This document shows, piece after piece, positions 47,715-55,326 of a DNA stretch of 64,000 bases (positions within the stretch are counted from its first letter, which is position 1; each line of letters starts with the position of its first letter). Below the pieces are notes generated by a model. That model worked only from the letters and a program-made list of their open reading frames with translations, made no database searches and was not told where the DNA came from. The translations under genes were made by a program, and so were the position numbers. Origin of the DNA: Candidatus Nanoarchaeia archaeon (lineage in GTDB: Archaea; Nanobdellota; Nanobdellia; Woesearchaeales; GW2011-AR4); assembly GCA_035293285.1 (NCBI GenBank), contig DATDOM010000082.1, forward strand, positions 422-64,421, written 5' to 3'.

Positions 47715-48752
47715 CTATTTTCCGGAGCACCAGGCCCAAACAGATTCTGCCCAGGACTTGTAATTTGAAGGATGGCCGTCTTTTGAACGCGGCTCTATTT
47801 TAAGCTGAGAGGAGTCATAATACAAGACTGATGGCGGAATGTTTCGGGATATTATTCCTGATATTACCGAAGTGTCGTATCCTGGCCAGGTTGGCGGCCC
47901 TATCCAGTAAATTACTGGCCTGCTTCCGATTTTCTGTATAAGTGCCCTGGTATCTTCTGCAACTGCCTGCTCGTTTTTTTTCCTGATTCCGGAGGTTTCA
48001 TCATTTACCCCCAAAGAAATGAACACTATGTCCGGATTGAATTTTAATGCGTTTGTCAATATTGAACTTTCATCCTTTGCCCACTGGCCAATCCTTTTGC
48101 CGCTTATTGCATTGTTTGAGAACGTGCCGCTTTGGGCAGAAACTTTTGAGCTTATGTGCGGCCCGAGCCCCTGGCCAAGCGAATCTCCTATCATCAAAAC
48201 TTTTGCTCCCTGAATATTAGAACATCCAGTTGTTTGAGTGTTATCCTGCTTTTGGCCAGGAGATTCTCCTGCTTTTGGCTGGCCGCGGATTGGCGCACTA
48301 ATTATTGTTTGTGGATCTTTGATGACTAAATTGCCCTGCCCTTTAGATACTATGAGATAATTTGCCCCAGACACTGAATAAGTTTCTCTTTTCTGGGAAT
48401 TTTTTCCATAAGGATATATTTTAGGTGTTCCTTCGGTTCCAACCCTGGCAACAGGCTTATCATCAGTCTCGCTTAACTGCCCGAGCTGAAAGCTGAATTT
48501 TGGAAAATCAAGCTTTTCAAGCAGGTATTTGTATTCCAGGTCGCCTGGAATAGCATAGGCAGAATTTGAAAACATTGCAATATCCCTGCTCAGGAATAGT
48601 TTTTCGAATTCCGTACTTCTCTCTATAGAGCTTACATAAGAGAGCAGAAGAAAAAGAACAAAGGCAGCGATTCCTATTTTGGTTATGTGCTCAAGAACCT
48701 GCCTTATGGAAATCTGGCCTGATTTATTGGCTTCAAAAAACCTCTTTTTCAT
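47715..48752 (-). CDS. Prepilin-like signal protein with a C-terminal SGNH/GDSL hydrolase domain
   Basis: KSGQ-ISIRQVLEHITKIGIAAFVLFLLL. SGNH blocks VLMIGDSLGQGLG (I), ISLGVNDE (III) and SKDGHPS (V, with one-residue shorter D..H spacing). Confidence 0.55.
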   Translation of the reverse strand: MKKRFFEANKSGQISIRQVLEHITKIGIAAFVLFLLLSYVSSIERSTEFEKLFLSRDIAMFSNSAYAIPGDLEYKYLLEKLDFPKFSFQLGQLSETDDKPVARVGTEGTPKIYPYGKNSQKRETYSVSGANYLIVSKGQGNLVIKDPQTIISAPIRGQPKAGESPGQKQDNTQTTGCSNIQGAKVLMIGDSLGQGLGPHISSKVSAQSGTFSNNAISGKRIGQWAKDESSILTNALKFNPDIVFISLGVNDETSGIRKKNEQAVAEDTRALIQKIGSRPVIYWIGPPTWPGYDTSVISGIISRNIPPSVLYYDSSQLKIEPRSKDGHPSNYKSWAESVWAWCSGK

Positions 48753-48847
48753 AGGCAGATTATTTCAACCTTTGTTTAAATTCTTTTCTAAAAGGGAGTG
48801 TTTCAGATTTAATGCCGGCATGCACAGAAGTGCATCCAAAATCAGCG

Positions 48848-49657
48848 TCAGGAAGGGGTAGTATTTACGTAATTGCGTGCAGACATTGGGGTTTCAATAC
48901 GTTGGTTTCTTGAAATAACATCTGGATCTTTCATATCTCCAAATCCTATATAATAAATGTCATTCTTGTCTTTGAATTTTTCGATGTAAATGCGCCTGTT
49001 TGACCACTCCAGTTCCAGGTCGCATTGGCCGTAAAGTGTTACAAAATAATTTTGGCGTGAGGTTTCGTATGGCAGTTTCCAGTCAGTCTTGCTTCCATAA
49101 AAGTGGCCGCTCTTCCCCAAAGCCAGTGATAAGAACACTATCTTTTCAGCAAATTTCTTGCACTTGACCGGAGCTGCCATTGGCTCATGCTTATCAAAAT
49201 CATAAATGCCGCCTGCGCCTGACCCAACTGCATGATAATTATTGTACAAGCACAAGCATGAAAACTTTTCGCATGCCTTTGGCCTTGATTTGTCTATAGG
49301 CTCGGGCTTTTCTCCTTCAATAGTGCAATAACTGAGCATTTGACTGTTATCCTGATAATTGAATCCTACGAGTATGTAGTCATCCGGCAATTCGTATATC
49401 ATTGTGTCTTTAAGGACTGCAACATTGCTTGTTTCTGAGCCTCTAGGGTCGCGCATCATGTCAGTGATTTTTTTGTTAAGCTCATCAAGATTGTTGACTG
49501 CTGCATCGTATTCCTGGTTGCTTGTGAAAAGGTTTGAAAGCCTGTAGCCTATGTAAATTAGGAAAAGCACTACAATTACGGCCAAAAAAACCTCAAGAAT
49601 CTGGATCAGGGAAATTTCCGTTGAAGATGTGCCCTTTTTATTTTTTTTTAATTTCAT
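48848..49657 (-). CDS. Prepilin-like signal protein, unknown function
   Basis: Start taken at MKLKKNKKG-TSSTEISLIQILEVFLAVIVVLFLIY. ORF track start 49684 would overlap the upstream gene. Confidence 0.5.
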   Translation of the reverse strand: MKLKKNKKGTSSTEISLIQILEVFLAVIVVLFLIYIGYRLSNLFTSNQEYDAAVNNLDELNKKITDMMRDPRGSETSNVAVLKDTMIYELPDDYILVGFNYQDNSQMLSYCTIEGEKPEPIDKSRPKACEKFSCLCLYNNYHAVGSGAGGIYDFDKHEPMAAPVKCKKFAEKIVFLSLALGKSGHFYGSKTDWKLPYETSRQNYFVTLYGQCDLELEWSNRRIYIEKFKDKNDIYYIGFGDMKDPDVISRNQRIETPMSARNYVNTTPS

Positions 49658-49674
49658 ATTTTTATAGAAAATAA

Positions 49675-50070
49675 TCAGGTACAACGATTATCGCTTGTTT
49701 TTTTGCCGTTGCATTCAAAGACCGTATCATCGTTCGAATCTTTGTCGCATGCGTCCGGCATCCCGTCCAGGTCCTTGTCATTGATATTGGCGCTGTCAGT
49801 GCCTTTTATGCATATATCACATGCATCAGGCCTTCCATCCTTGTCTGCATCCGTAAAGTCTATGCCGCGCTCCATCGCATCATTTCCTTTATTGACACAT
49901 GCTTTGTCCCTTATCTTTAATTCGGACGGGCCTATGACATTTGATGCCGCTGTCGAGCCCTTAAAAAGAAAGTGATAAGCAAAAAATAATACGGCAAGCC
50001 CTACCAAAATCCCCATTACCATTTTTAACCCTGAGCTTGTCTGGCTTTTTTTGTGTATTTTTGGTTTCAT
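49675..50070 (-). CDS. Anchored protein with thrombospondin type-3-like Ca-binding repeats
   Basis: Start at MKPKIHKKSQTSSGLKMVMGILVGLAVLFFAY, chosen because ATG 50070 forms an ATGA overlap with the upstream stop. DADKDGRPDACDIC and DKDLDGMPDACDKD repeats. Confidence 0.55.
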   Translation of the reverse strand: MKPKIHKKSQTSSGLKMVMGILVGLAVLFFAYHFLFKGSTAASNVIGPSELKIRDKACVNKGNDAMERGIDFTDADKDGRPDACDICIKGTDSANINDKDLDGMPDACDKDSNDDTVFECNGKKTSDNRCT

Positions 50071-50306
50071 TTTGAGCAGCATACCGGAGTTTCTTTTGGG
50101 CATGTATAGCTTGGTGCCGGAGTGCTGCACTGCCCTTTTACGGTGCATTTGAACCCCTTAGATTCGCAACCAAAAGCATCCTTGTTAAAAGTTGATGAGC
50201 CTTTGGATATAAAAATAAAGCTTACTACAAGTATTGCAAGAAGTATTGCAGCGGCAATTATCATGTTTAGAGCAGCTGCCTCTGCCCTTTTTTTCTTTAT
50301 GTTCAT
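50067..50306 (-). CDS. Small pilin-like protein with a Cys-rich C-terminus
   Basis: MNIKKKRAEAA-ALNMIIAAAILLAILVVSFIFI is homologous to the N-terminus of the pilin at 53485. 6 Cys residues in the last 45 aa. Confidence 0.55.
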   Translation of the reverse strand: MNIKKKRAEAAALNMIIAAAILLAILVVSFIFISKGSSTFNKDAFGCESKGFKCTVKGQCSTPAPSYTCPKETPVCCSK

Positions 50307-50346
50307 GGTAGTTTTATTGTAAAGGTCATTTTTATAGTTTTGTTTT

Positions 50347-51237
50347 TCATGTTTTCCCGCATATGGGCCATTTTTGTGCCCAGTTTTTATACTGGTCTTC
50401 AGTTAGGCAGCCGAATTTTTCAAAGCACCTTGAGTGGGAGAGTTCTGACTCACAAACCTGATATGAAACTCTTCCAACAGTATCTCCAGGAAGCCTTGTA
50501 TCTTCCACGACGCATCGGCAAGGATAATTAAGTATTACACATGACCCGGGTCCGTCTGTATTGCATACAGGAAGCTTTTCAATCAGGAAATTATTTGAGA
50601 TTGAGCAGGCCGCGAGAGCTTCTGTGTAAAGCTTGTTTTTGTTTGAGTCTTTTGGCACTGAGAAGCCTGGATAATAAAAGTGAAGGTCATCTGACTTCTT
50701 GCATCCTGCATTATGATTGTAGCACCTATAGCCTGTGTCGCAGTATTGTCCGTTGTCCTTGCCTTCATAGCAAATGCACGGCCCGTTTTTAACGTTGCAG
50801 GAGAACTTATCTGTCTGGCATTCGCTTGAAGCTTGTCCAATATTCTTTTTCAAGTCTGCGCAGTTTTCCAGGTTGTGCTGTACTGGAAGAGTGTTGCTGC
50901 ATCCAATAAACCCATCATAGCAATAGGGTTTTTCAGGGCTGCACTGGTCGGGCCTTTGTTTTAGTTCTTTTTCCTTTGCTGAAAAGCAAAGGCAGGGAAA
51001 TGAAGAAGCTTTACAGCTTGAAGCATCAACATCACACCTGTGTTTTTGATAATCTACAAGAACATTGTTCCATAACAAGTCAGGGTCTGCTGATTCAACA
51101 ACCTCGTTTTTTGTGATTCCAAGCGCATCCTTGATTAGTTTAGAGATGTTTGAGGAAAAAAACATGCCAAAAACTATGAAAAAAAGAACGATTGCTATGA
51201 CAATCATTTCTGAAAAACCCATTGATTTTTTGTTCAT
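50347..51237 (-). CDS. Prepilin-like signal protein, extremely Cys-rich ectodomain
   Basis: Start at MNKKSMG-FSEMIVIAIVLFFIVFGMFF (TAAAATG junction with the upstream gene). About 30 Cys residues in 296 aa. Confidence 0.55.
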   Translation of the reverse strand: MNKKSMGFSEMIVIAIVLFFIVFGMFFSSNISKLIKDALGITKNEVVESADPDLLWNNVLVDYQKHRCDVDASSCKASSFPCLCFSAKEKELKQRPDQCSPEKPYCYDGFIGCSNTLPVQHNLENCADLKKNIGQASSECQTDKFSCNVKNGPCICYEGKDNGQYCDTGYRCYNHNAGCKKSDDLHFYYPGFSVPKDSNKNKLYTEALAACSISNNFLIEKLPVCNTDGPGSCVILNYPCRCVVEDTRLPGDTVGRVSYQVCESELSHSRCFEKFGCLTEDQYKNWAQKWPICGKT

Positions 51238-51238
51238 T

Positions 51239-51382
51239 TTATCCAAAAATTGAGCCAAGCGAGCTGTCCAGTGATTTTGAGATTTCAGGAGAAGTGAGGA
51301 TAACTATAATCAGCACTACCATCGCAATAACCAGCAGTGCTACAAACTCCCATGAAATCGCAATCGCTTTTTTGTGTTTCAT
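51239..51382 (-). CDS. 47-aa pilin-like micro-protein
   Basis: Below the ORF-track cutoff. MKHKKA-IAISWEFVALLVIAMVVLIIVILTSPEISKSLDSSLGSIFG. Its stop is followed immediately by the next ATG (GGATAAAATGAAC). Confidence 0.5.
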   Translation of the reverse strand: MKHKKAIAISWEFVALLVIAMVVLIIVILTSPEISKSLDSSLGSIFG

Positions 51383-51413
51383 ATTATTGATGTTTAGAGG
51401 TTTGTATAAATAA

Positions 51414-52232
51414 TTATTGCTGCAGCACCGGCAAATCCTTGCAGTTTAGTGCAGTCAGCTGCTCGGGATTATAAGGAATAAAGTTTATCAGGGCTATGTG
51501 CTGAAAAGGATCTTTTGTGAAATAAGTTTCAAGTCCTGCCCAAATTGCACCTCCGGCAACTAGGATTGTTCCTATGACAGGGTGCTGTGCTATCAGCATG
51601 ACTCCGACAATGACCGAGCCTGCTCCGGGCGCCGCATTTCTGGCCTTTTTCAAGTATTCATCAAGGTATTTTTTGCCTTTTATGTAAGTGAAGACTACAG
51701 CATACTTGTCATCTTTTGAGCCGTCAATGGCATCTGAAATTTTCTTGTTGTTGAATTCTTCAATGAATCCTGTGTCATCAGTCTTTTCAGTTGTGAGGTA
51801 TTTCAAGTATGAAACCGACTTGCTTGAGTCTGACTTGCTTGCAAGGAATTTTGAAAAGTCGTTGATTTTCACGTCCTTGCCAAAATCAACCCTATAACAA
51901 ACGGCGCAGTATACATTATCATCGGTAAAAAGCTCGAGCTTTCCCCTTCCAAAATTGTCCCAGCAGTCCCGCATCAAATCCGCGATTTTCTTTTTTGCAG
52001 CTTCCTCATTTTTGTCATTTATCTTCAATTTAACCGTAGGGCATTTCACGTCGCTTGAAAAGTCTGCATACCTTAATTTGAGCTTTGCGTGTGTTTCAAC
52101 ACTTGCCTTGCAGGTTTGTTTTGCTGTTGCATGATCATACAAGTCTTTTAATTTTCCTTCTGTTGAAAAAAACATGAATAGTGCCAAGAGGACTATTATT
52201 GTAGAAACAAAGGCTATTGTTGTTATCCTCAT
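51414..52232 (-). CDS. Anchored extracellular protein, unknown family (paralog of 52234-53022)
   Basis: MRITTIAFVSTIIVLLALFMFF anchor. Shared pattern C..CP..(D/L)CW..C..C with the upstream gene. C-terminal hydrophobic segment GSVIVGVMLIAQHPVIGTILVAGGAIWAG. Confidence 0.5.
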   Translation of the reverse strand: MRITTIAFVSTIIVLLALFMFFSTEGKLKDLYDHATAKQTCKASVETHAKLKLRYADFSSDVKCPTVKLKINDKNEEAAKKKIADLMRDCWDNFGRGKLELFTDDNVYCAVCYRVDFGKDVKINDFSKFLASKSDSSKSVSYLKYLTTEKTDDTGFIEEFNNKKISDAIDGSKDDKYAVVFTYIKGKKYLDEYLKKARNAAPGAGSVIVGVMLIAQHPVIGTILVAGGAIWAGLETYFTKDPFQHIALINFIPYNPEQLTALNCKDLPVLQQ

Positions 52233-52233
52233 T

Positions 52234-53022
52234 TTAGTTTAATATTATGTCGCATATTTTGGCGTCTACATTAGCTTCTTTTGATAAAGTAACTGTGTAA
52301 AATGAATTCTTATCTCCAAGGTCTTCAGCAGCCCATGTTGGCTTAAACCCAATAAAAAACATAGAATACTTTTCATAGTTTTTTAGGATATCAGGAACCA
52401 AATAATCACCTCCACTATCAGAAAATTGACCTACTTTTAGGTAATTTTCTTTAATTTTGCTTTTTGGGGCTACTGCCAGATAGTCAAAATATGTCTGAGG
52501 GTTTTTTGGTATTTTATTTTCTTTTAGGTAATTTATAAATTCCTTTATTTCATGAATATTATCAGAATTTACATCAAATTCCATAGACGAGCAGATTAGG
52601 CATATATTATTGTCTCCAAATGCAGTGCCGGGATTCTCAAAGACCAAACCTTTTCCTTCAAGCAGCTTATACCAGCAAAGGCGCAGTTCCTCTGCAAACA
52701 CTTTTTTTACTGAATCCTCATAATTTTTCCCAATAGGGTATTCCTTTGCCTTTTTGCCGTTTATCTCAACTTTATTATCGTATATTTTTATAACTCTTCT
52801 TGGGCAGTCCAAAGGAATTGTCGTGCTGCCGGTAGGGTTCAATGCTCCAAGAGTTTTTAGCTCTATGCTTTGCGCAAGCGCGCTTGTCCTGCATACTTCA
52901 ATATCACCTTTCTTTTTTGACTGGGTTACAAAACTGTAAGTGAATGCTATTAGTATTCCTGCAACTACAAGAAAGATTATGAGGATGACCAAAGTTTCGT
53001 CAAGTATTGCTTTTTTGTCCAT
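52234..53022 (-). CDS. Prepilin-like signal protein, unknown family (paralog of 51414-52232)
   Basis: Start at MDKKA-ILDETLVILIIFLVVAGILIAF (TAAAATG junction). CRTS..DCPRR..LCWYKL..NICLICS pattern. Confidence 0.5.
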   Translation of the reverse strand: MDKKAILDETLVILIIFLVVAGILIAFTYSFVTQSKKKGDIEVCRTSALAQSIELKTLGALNPTGSTTIPLDCPRRVIKIYDNKVEINGKKAKEYPIGKNYEDSVKKVFAEELRLCWYKLLEGKGLVFENPGTAFGDNNICLICSSMEFDVNSDNIHEIKEFINYLKENKIPKNPQTYFDYLAVAPKSKIKENYLKVGQFSDSGGDYLVPDILKNYEKYSMFFIGFKPTWAAEDLGDKNSFYTVTLSKEANVDAKICDIILN

Positions 53023-53023
53023 T

Positions 53024-53167
53024 TTATCCCAATATCCTGTTTGCTGCATTTCTTACTGCAAGAGCGACAAGCAGAGAAAACAAAATCCCTATTAGCACGT
53101 AAAGCATGGTCTTGAGGGCAATGGTTATTCCTTTATTGCAATTTACAAGCCTATAGGGTCTTAACAT
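53024..53167 (-). CDS. 47-aa single-helix micro-protein
   Basis: Below the ORF-track cutoff. MLRPYRLVNCNKGITIALKTMLYVLIGILFSLLVALAVRNAANRILG. Same length and same GGATAAAATG junction as 51239-51382. Confidence 0.4.
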   Translation of the reverse strand: MLRPYRLVNCNKGITIALKTMLYVLIGILFSLLVALAVRNAANRILG

Positions 53168-53209
53168 ACAGAAACCAAGAATTAATGTATATAAAAATAT
53201 TTGTTTATG

Positions 53210-53485
53210 TTAAATGCAGCAGCACACGTTTCCTTCTGTAGTTATGTCTGCATAGGTTCCTGGCAATACCTGGCCCTGAGAGCTTGTGCATCCCGGCCTG
53301 TCTGTTTCAGTCCATGACTTTCCAAGGCCTGCGCATCCATTCTGGCAGGATGTCGTGTCTGCAACTCCTTTTGAGAATATTCCAAGCCTTCCTGTAAAAA
53401 TTAAGAACAAAACAACCAAGACTGCAAGGCCAATGGCGGCAATAATGATAGTGTTTATTGAAATTCCCTGTGCTTTTTTCTGCAT
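53210..53485 (-). CDS. Archaeal type IV pilin-like protein; first gene of the minus-strand surface operon
   Basis: MQKKAQG-ISINTIIIAAIGLAVLVVLFLIF class III signal. Small Cys-containing globular part (91 aa). Confidence 0.7.
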   Translation of the reverse strand: MQKKAQGISINTIIIAAIGLAVLVVLFLIFTGRLGIFSKGVADTTSCQNGCAGLGKSWTETDRPGCTSSQGQVLPGTYADITTEGNVCCCI

Positions 53486-53510
53486 TTCAGCTGAATTCTG
53501 GGATAAGTTA

Positions 53511-53518
53511 TATTTAAA
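53511..53518 (-). promoter_or_regulatory. TATA box (TTTAAATA on the minus strand) of the pilin-led operon
   Basis: CTTTAAATAT, identical to the box before the pilin at 17611, lies 26-33 nt upstream of ATG 53485, implying a short leader or a leaderless transcript. Confidence 0.4.
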
Positions 53519-53611
53519 GATTTGGGTTTTTGCATAGTTGCCGCCAATGGAAAGGATAGGTTTATAAGTAGTGACTGGTTAGGAGTGAAAATATACTTAG
53601 TGTGTATTAAA

Positions 53612-55165
53612 ATGAGTTTAATGGATTTGGTTAGGGGGCTTGCTAGGCCTGGTGGTATGTTCGGATCATTAAAGGAGTATGAAATAGAGCCTACTCCGCG
53701 AGGATTAATAGTTAGATTAGATGGGATTGATTTGATTTCTTCAAGTGTCATAGATAGAAGCTATTTTCCAAAAAAAGAATTTAAAGATTATGAACTAGAA
53801 TTGATTACAGAATTTGAAAGATTTGTGCAGGAGACTTATAGAAAACTTGGTTCAAGAAAATATAGCGGAATGCCATGGTGGTACCATATAGACAGTGATG
53901 TAAGAACATCTTTTGAAATTGCAAATTCGGAGTTTAAATTGCCTGGTGGAGAAGTTTACCTTCCTAAAACCAAAGTAAATTTAGAAGATGTTCTAGTTTT
54001 ATTAGGGCATGATTATATTGAAGATGATGAAGAAATTAGGGGTAAAATTCACGAATGGGAGGAGAGCACTAAGGCAGGCGATCATAACCAAAGGCAAAGA
54101 TTCGACGCTGAGTTAAGAGTCATGAGGAGAAATAAAGCTTCCACAACGTATGATTTCTTGAGTCAAGTGGTCAAAAGAATAGTAGGATCTTATGGTTTGA
54201 GGATTGGTGAAATTGAAAAATTGGAAAATATAGTGGAACGTGTACCAAAACTCATTCACGATTTGACAAGATTTTCAAACGAAAATGCTTATCCTGTATC
54301 AATGCAATATGTTTATTCGAGGCAGTTTTTAGATAAAGAGGGGACCCAAGCCGAACCTTTAATCTCGACTCTTAAAAGAATTAATGCAAAAAGCCCAGAT
54401 AGGTGCAGCAATAATGAAGAACAGGGACCAATCTATCCCGTGGACATAATGGAGCAACTCGGACTCGCTTGGAGCGATACCTCAAAATACGGTGATTATA
54501 TTCCAATTGATGTGCTGTCGCGGTTAGGAACTGTAAGATTAAGCTCAAAAGAAATGTCTCCTGCAGTAAAAGTTGCAACTGCATTTAATAATTTCTGGTG
54601 TTGTCAGTTTGGCAATTCTACAATGAATCTTTACAGAAATGAGATATTTTCATCCGGTGAGGACCACGTTATGGCCTTAAACACATATAGAAAAGGCAGA
54701 AAATTATTGATTAAATCTAGTTTGGCTTTGTTATCATCAGCTATCAAACAATATGAATCAGAGAGATTTATTCATAAACATATACAGGCTGCTGTCGAAA
54801 GCGACATAGAACAAGATAAGAAGAGTGATTACTTTTTCCAGGTAACTTCAGATGGAATAATTAAAGATTTTGTTTTATATGATACTGGTGGTATGGGGTA
54901 TCTAGAGAGGCTTGATAAGGATAAGCCTACACGAGCAAAGATTTATGATGCCGCAAAACGATTGGCAGTTGAGATGCCCCTATTCGAGAATTGCTATCAA
55001 GAAGGTCAAAATGTTTCATTTGGAAGCCCGTTTTTATTCAATGATGATGTGTATGACCCAAGCAAAAAACATATTTTTTTTACCGTAAGTGGTGTTGATA
55101 AAGAAATAGAAAAACTGAGGAAGGATTATTGGAGATTGTTCGCAAGAAATAGGAGGGGTTTCTGA
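53612..55165 (+). CDS. Large hypothetical protein (517 aa from MSLMDLVRG)
   Basis: ORF 53522-55165 trimmed to the Met preceded by AGGAGTG. Soluble, with no motif I recognise. Confidence 0.5.
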   Translation: MSLMDLVRGLARPGGMFGSLKEYEIEPTPRGLIVRLDGIDLISSSVIDRSYFPKKEFKDYELELITEFERFVQETYRKLGSRKYSGMPWWYHIDSDVRTSFEIANSEFKLPGGEVYLPKTKVNLEDVLVLLGHDYIEDDEEIRGKIHEWEESTKAGDHNQRQRFDAELRVMRRNKASTTYDFLSQVVKRIVGSYGLRIGEIEKLENIVERVPKLIHDLTRFSNENAYPVSMQYVYSRQFLDKEGTQAEPLISTLKRINAKSPDRCSNNEEQGPIYPVDIMEQLGLAWSDTSKYGDYIPIDVLSRLGTVRLSSKEMSPAVKVATAFNNFWCCQFGNSTMNLYRNEIFSSGEDHVMALNTYRKGRKLLIKSSLALLSSAIKQYESERFIHKHIQAAVESDIEQDKKSDYFFQVTSDGIIKDFVLYDTGGMGYLERLDKDKPTRAKIYDAAKRLAVEMPLFENCYQEGQNVSFGSPFLFNDDVYDPSKKHIFFTVSGVDKEIEKLRKDYWRLFARNRRGF

Positions 55166-55326
55166 AAAAGTACCCAGTCTGTATAATTTGATGTTATAGA
55201 TTCGCTTTTAAACATGCAGGATGAGCAGTCGGTATTGCTTCATCAGCTCAAGGGAAGAGAAAAGCTCTTTAGCAGATCACTGGAGATTTTATCAAACTAT
55301 TTTAGTGGAAAATACAGCTGAATAAA

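Noticed and set aside
35736-53485. Possibility that the surface-protein locus is an integrated virus or provirus (phage-tail-lysozyme-like domain, M15 endolysin-like peptidase, SGNH esterase, many small membrane proteins).
   Set aside because: No capsid, portal/terminase or packaging ATPase, integrase, replication gene or att-like direct repeats are visible. Every product carries a secretion or anchor signal, and the genes form two long operons led by pilin-like genes. This is not fully excluded without structure and profile searches, so it is kept as the alternative hypothesis.
55214-55321. 35-aa ORF (MQDEQSVLLHQLKGREKLFSRSLEILSNYFSGKYS) ending 5 nt before the RelA/SpoT-like gene. It could be a small antitoxin or a leader peptide.
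   Set aside because: It is too short to support from sequence alone, and no Shine-Dalgarno sequence or conservation evidence is available. It is mentioned under the RelA/SpoT finding but not called as a feature.
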